Below, piece by piece: positions 60,701-64,000 of a stretch of DNA of 64,000 nucleotides. The DNA is taken from contig DUTP01000001.1 of NCBI GenBank assembly GCA_012842045.1, positions 28,534 through 92,533 of the forward strand. The letters run 5' to 3'. Position numbers and translations under genes: made by a program. How positions within the stretch are numbered: position 1 is the stretch's first letter; each line of letters opens with the position of its first letter. Below the pieces are notes generated by a model. The model made no database searches and had not been told where the DNA came from. It worked only from the letters and a program-made list of their open reading frames with translations. This DNA is from Candidatus Dojkabacteria bacterium. Lineage in GTDB: Bacteria > Patescibacteriota > Dojkabacteria > SC72.

Positions 60701-61946
60701 ATACCCTCTTTTTAAATCTTTTTCTAAGAACAGAATACCAGAGAAATATATCAACAACAAGGAGTAAGAGTGTTGGGTAAATTAAATATGTATTATCAAT
60801 CCCTGTTTTTGGTAACTCTTTCAAAGATGAACTTATACCTAAAATCTTTTTATCCTCATCCAAAATATTAACCTGTTCACTCTCTTCTTCTACTTCTGGA
60901 GACAACTCCTCCACATTACTGTTATCCCCCTCTTCTACTAACATAACTGGTGAAGAAGTCATTTTAAAAGGAATCCTCTCAATACAGAAAGCTTCTTTAG
61001 GTTCAGCTAACATCCAACCAGAAACCAGCCCACCATCCATTCTTGCAGAAAACACAGAAACAGAATCAACATTAAAATTGTAACTAAAGTTATTACCAAA
61101 AACAGAACATCTCTTTGAAGAATCAGGAACCTCTACAGTAAAAGAACCAAATGTACCATCCTCTTCAATATTTTCTTTAGGAAGGTAGTATATGAAATTA
61201 GCATCTTCCTGTGGTTCTAAAGAAGCGACACCAAAAAAATCCTTATGTTTAAGATACACACGATTTAATTTATCAGAGCCAACATTTCTAAGTCTAACAG
61301 AAACTTGATAACTATCACCTTCTTCTTGTGCAAAAGCATCTATTAGATAAATTGGATTTTTGATATGTAATTTATCTAGATGCTTTTTTCCATGATGAGT
61401 ATACTCAACATTACCAACACCTGAATACCTGCGTAGAACACCATTTCTAATTACTGTTTGTCCCATATTTAACAAATCAAGAGAATTTAAATCTCCTTCT
61501 CCATTCTCAAATGATGCAAAATCAGTAAAAAAAGATTCTTCTACTGGTTCATTTCTAGTATATGCAACATCAACTTCGGGAATGAAAACTGTATGACCTG
61601 TTTGGTTGGAGTAAAAGTAGGTAACATCAACTACAGACCCAGGAGGCACAGCGACATATGTTCCATCTGTCCCTTTTCTAAAAGGATAACCTGGTTCTTT
61701 GAGCATCCATAAATCCCAATGCACCTGACCTGTCATACTCCCAACTACATTAGCTAAATCATACTCTATTCCACCATGACTACTTGAAGATTCGGGAAGT
61801 GATAAGGAATCGATACTGTAAGCTATTGTTGAGTAAAACAAGTTCTGCTCATTATCACCACTATTAGTAAAACCATCCGCCAACACCGATGTTGTAAAAA
61901 AGCAAAATACTAGAAAAGGAATTATAAATAAAAGAAGTTTTTTCAT
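60630..61946 (-). CDS. Cell-surface protein with signal peptide and C-terminal LPXTG (LPKTG) sortase sorting signal
   Basis: N-terminal signal peptide; C-terminal LPKTG, then a hydrophobic segment and RKRFKKR basic tail. Confidence 0.65.
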   Translation of the reverse strand: MKKLLLFIIPFLVFCFFTTSVLADGFTNSGDNEQNLFYSTIAYSIDSLSLPESSSSHGGIEYDLANVVGSMTGQVHWDLWMLKEPGYPFRKGTDGTYVAVPPGSVVDVTYFYSNQTGHTVFIPEVDVAYTRNEPVEESFFTDFASFENGEGDLNSLDLLNMGQTVIRNGVLRRYSGVGNVEYTHHGKKHLDKLHIKNPIYLIDAFAQEEGDSYQVSVRLRNVGSDKLNRVYLKHKDFFGVASLEPQEDANFIYYLPKENIEEDGTFGSFTVEVPDSSKRCSVFGNNFSYNFNVDSVSVFSARMDGGLVSGWMLAEPKEAFCIERIPFKMTSSPVMLVEEGDNSNVEELSPEVEEESEQVNILDEDKKILGISSSLKELPKTGIDNTYLIYPTLLLLVVDIFLWYSVLRKRFKKRVYGSRNIFTKLCTKGSKNSVKGRF

Positions 61947-62015
61947 ACATACCCTTACTAAATTTAAATAGTAAAGATATGGTACACCAAGGAGATTAAA
62001 TCGAGATTAACTCAA

Positions 62016-63659
62016 TTATGAATTTTCTACAGAGATATCTTCTTTTCTAACTTTCTCTGTAATGTAGAAGTTCCTCTTAAACTTACCCTTGCCCAACATC
62101 ATCTCTGTAATTGCTTGTACATGAGGTATCAAATTGAATGTTAACATATTCACAGAGAGTAGAAATGTCTCTAAAATATCTAAAATATTTCTCCATATAC
62201 TCCAATCTTTAGGGATAGGCGTTATCTTTCTCCTTGCCCTAACAGTCCACATATTTACAATCATGGCAAATGTCAAAAAGTAACTGATAATTCTAGGAAG
62301 ATTGTATGGGAAAATTGTATGTTTGTAATCAGGATTGAGAACTGATATCAAAAAGCCACCAAAGGTAAGAACAACTACAACTGTAAAAAGCCACATCTGT
62401 TCTGTCACCGCTTTAAACATCTGTGTTCTTTTAAACAATGATATGCCACTTCCTCTTCTTAGAATAACGGAAAGCATAATTGGGAATGGTATCTTACCCC
62501 AACCCCATCTGTACTGCTGTTTGTAGAATGAGACATGTGTACTCACAAAATCCTTATTCTCAACTGCATCACTATATGTTGGAGTATATACTTCGAAACT
62601 TTTAAAAGTACCTTTACTCCTTACCATAGTATTCCAGTAAAATGCAGTATCATCATTTGGTATCTCTGGATCCCAATACTCCATCTCTTTGAGAGTATTT
62701 AAATTGACAATATATGAGGAGAAAGTATCTTTCGTATAGAATTCTTCCCCAGTAAACAATGATTTCACCGTTTTCTCCACCACCCAAGTGTATGCTGTCG
62801 CCATGGTTGTCATATTGGAGGAATTTCTAATCAATGATGGTACATTCCAAATATTATTATTAAACGTATGTATAGCTGATGTGAAAAATGCATACTCCGG
62901 ATTCTCAACTGTCATATACCTATACGTTATAGCGGAGAGATACTTCTCATGAGGTCTTAAATCTGAATCACATGTAATCAGTAGGTAGTCCCTTAAATTC
63001 TTACCCTCCTTTTCTAGTTTCTCTACAAAATGTCTAGTTGCATAGTTAATGTTAGCTCCTTTAACTCCAGCTATTTCACCAGGAATACCTGCAGGGTGAA
63101 TATAATATTGCATACTTCCAAATTTATCACCATATTTCTTCTTTAACTTTTTGAAATTTTCAATTTGAAGATCCTGTTTTTTCTCTTCAATAGCCATTAC
63201 AACATCAATTTTTTTAGCACCAATATCACTCTTTGACCAAGCTTCAAAAGATGGGTCTAGAATATTGTACTCTTCACCATATACAGGGCAGAGATAAATA
63301 TATCTTAAGTCTTCAACCCTGTCATCATTCAACTCCTCTACTTTTTTGACCCAATCTGTTTCTATAGCTTTTTCCATCCTTTTTACAGCTATATTAACCC
63401 CAACTGTAAATCTAATTGCTCTAAAGAACCAATATGCTACTATAAAGGCCATATAGATAACATATGCTGTTGTCAGTCTAAATACTGCAAAAATTATAGG
63501 AAGAAGTAGAAGTGTCCAGAGAAGAAAGCCTGGAATAATTTCAAATATTCTTCTTTGCCAATATGGTAAATCTTTAGGGAAACCTTCAAACCTGTCCTTT
63601 GGCCTATATGTTTTATGATTTAAATCCTTATCCTTTTTAGTTTCAGAATTCTTTTTCAT
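62016..63659 (-). CDS. Processive family-2 glycosyltransferase (cellulose/chitin/hyaluronan synthase-like) integral membrane protein
   Basis: Multiple TM helices flanking a cytoplasmic GT-A domain with a DSD (D,D) motif and the QQYRWGWG (QxxRW) processivity motif. The track ORF N-terminus is mistranslated tRNA; ATG at 63659. Confidence 0.6.
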   Translation of the reverse strand: MKKNSETKKDKDLNHKTYRPKDRFEGFPKDLPYWQRRIFEIIPGFLLWTLLLLPIIFAVFRLTTAYVIYMAFIVAYWFFRAIRFTVGVNIAVKRMEKAIETDWVKKVEELNDDRVEDLRYIYLCPVYGEEYNILDPSFEAWSKSDIGAKKIDVVMAIEEKKQDLQIENFKKLKKKYGDKFGSMQYYIHPAGIPGEIAGVKGANINYATRHFVEKLEKEGKNLRDYLLITCDSDLRPHEKYLSAITYRYMTVENPEYAFFTSAIHTFNNNIWNVPSLIRNSSNMTTMATAYTWVVEKTVKSLFTGEEFYTKDTFSSYIVNLNTLKEMEYWDPEIPNDDTAFYWNTMVRSKGTFKSFEVYTPTYSDAVENKDFVSTHVSFYKQQYRWGWGKIPFPIMLSVILRRGSGISLFKRTQMFKAVTEQMWLFTVVVVLTFGGFLISVLNPDYKHTIFPYNLPRIISYFLTFAMIVNMWTVRARRKITPIPKDWSIWRNILDILETFLLSVNMLTFNLIPHVQAITEMMLGKGKFKRNFYITEKVRKEDISVENS

Positions 63660-63677
63660 AATTACATCATTATACAA

Positions 63678-63764
63678 CGGAGAGAGTGGGATTCGAACCC
63701 ACGGTACAGAAGACTGTACAACGGTTTTCAAGACCGTCTCTTTCGACCACTCAGACATCTCTCC
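63678..63764 (-). tRNA. tRNA-Ser (anticodon UGA), type II with long variable arm; CCA not encoded
   Basis: Manual fold: acceptor GGAGAGA/TCTCTCC+G, anticodon stem ACGGT/ACCGT with loop CTTGAAA, variable stem GTACAG/CTGTAC, T-arm GTGGG-TTCGAAT-CCCAC. Confidence 0.85.
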
Positions 63765-63809
63765 AATGCCGATAATTATACCATATTAACAAGAACAATT
63801 ATGAAAAAG

Positions 63810-64000
63810 TTAGGATGTAAACATCTTTCTTACAATCTCTTCTAAGGACATATCAGGAGTCTTTGCTATTAACTCTTGAAGCTCTCCATCGTAAAGAATT
63901 TTACCGTTATCGATAATAATAACTCTCTTACATACTCCCCTAATATCCTCCATATTATGGCTTGTAAGAATGATTGTTGAGTCATATTCCTTGTGATAAT
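63810..64000 (-). CDS. ABC transporter ATP-binding protein, C-terminal fragment; 5' end outside the window
   Basis: Minus-strand frame reads ...ILTSHNMEDIRGVCKRVIIIDNGKILYDGELQEL... (H-loop and C-terminal region of an ABC ATPase), ending at a TAA at 63810-63812. Confidence 0.6.
   Translation of the reverse strand, partial: YHKEYDSTIILTSHNMEDIRGVCKRVIIIDNGKILYDGELQELIAKTPDMSLEEIVRKMFTS

Overview
AT-rich (low-GC) bacterial chromosomal window, standard genetic code (TGA is used as a stop, e.g. nusB and rnc). The gene content and architecture look like a small-genome Candidate Phyla Radiation / Patescibacteria-type organism. This is an inference from weak or absent SD sequences, enlarged housekeeping proteins with inserts, a monoderm-type type IV pilus locus, sortase/LPXTG proteins and an archaeal-type AMP salvage pair.

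Contents, 5' to 3':
- 3' end of a Clp ATPase, then rpmF-nusB-rnc-rpsP-KH.
- An ~11 kb contiguous minus-strand type IV pilus locus: pilM/N/O, a CheY-like regulator, four prepilin-like genes, pilD, pilC, pilT and pilB, with no secretin.
- A minimal holB-like gene, then gyrB, an unknown ORF, and gyrA.
- A VanY-like carboxypeptidase, an NYN protein, and a sortase with an adjacent 81-aa sorting-signal mini-protein driven by a near-consensus promoter.
- A glycan-assembly region: two GT2 genes, an unknown 336-aa ORF and a 1202-aa polytopic GT-C-like protein.
- A GC-richer gene pair for envelope proteins that share a novel repeated C-terminal module.
- An 801-aa acidic, disordered tandem-repeat protein with C-terminal glycine-zipper TM hairpins, a small acidic ORF, and a XerC/D-like tyrosine recombinase next to an inverted-repeat-bracketed noncoding element.
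- ruvB-ruvA-ruvC and yebC, an orphan T4SS-family (VirB4/VirD4-like) ATPase with an LCP protein, rluD, tRNA-Leu(CAA), dnaB, rpsF-ssb-rpsR and ychF.
- A transglutaminase-like protein; AMP phosphorylase with ribose-1,5-bisphosphate isomerase (no RuBisCO in the window); beta-CASP RNase, dut, CCA enzyme, an LPKTG surface protein, a processive GT2, tRNA-Ser(UGA), and the 3' end of an ABC ATPase.

No CRISPR array, rRNA or obvious transposase was seen.
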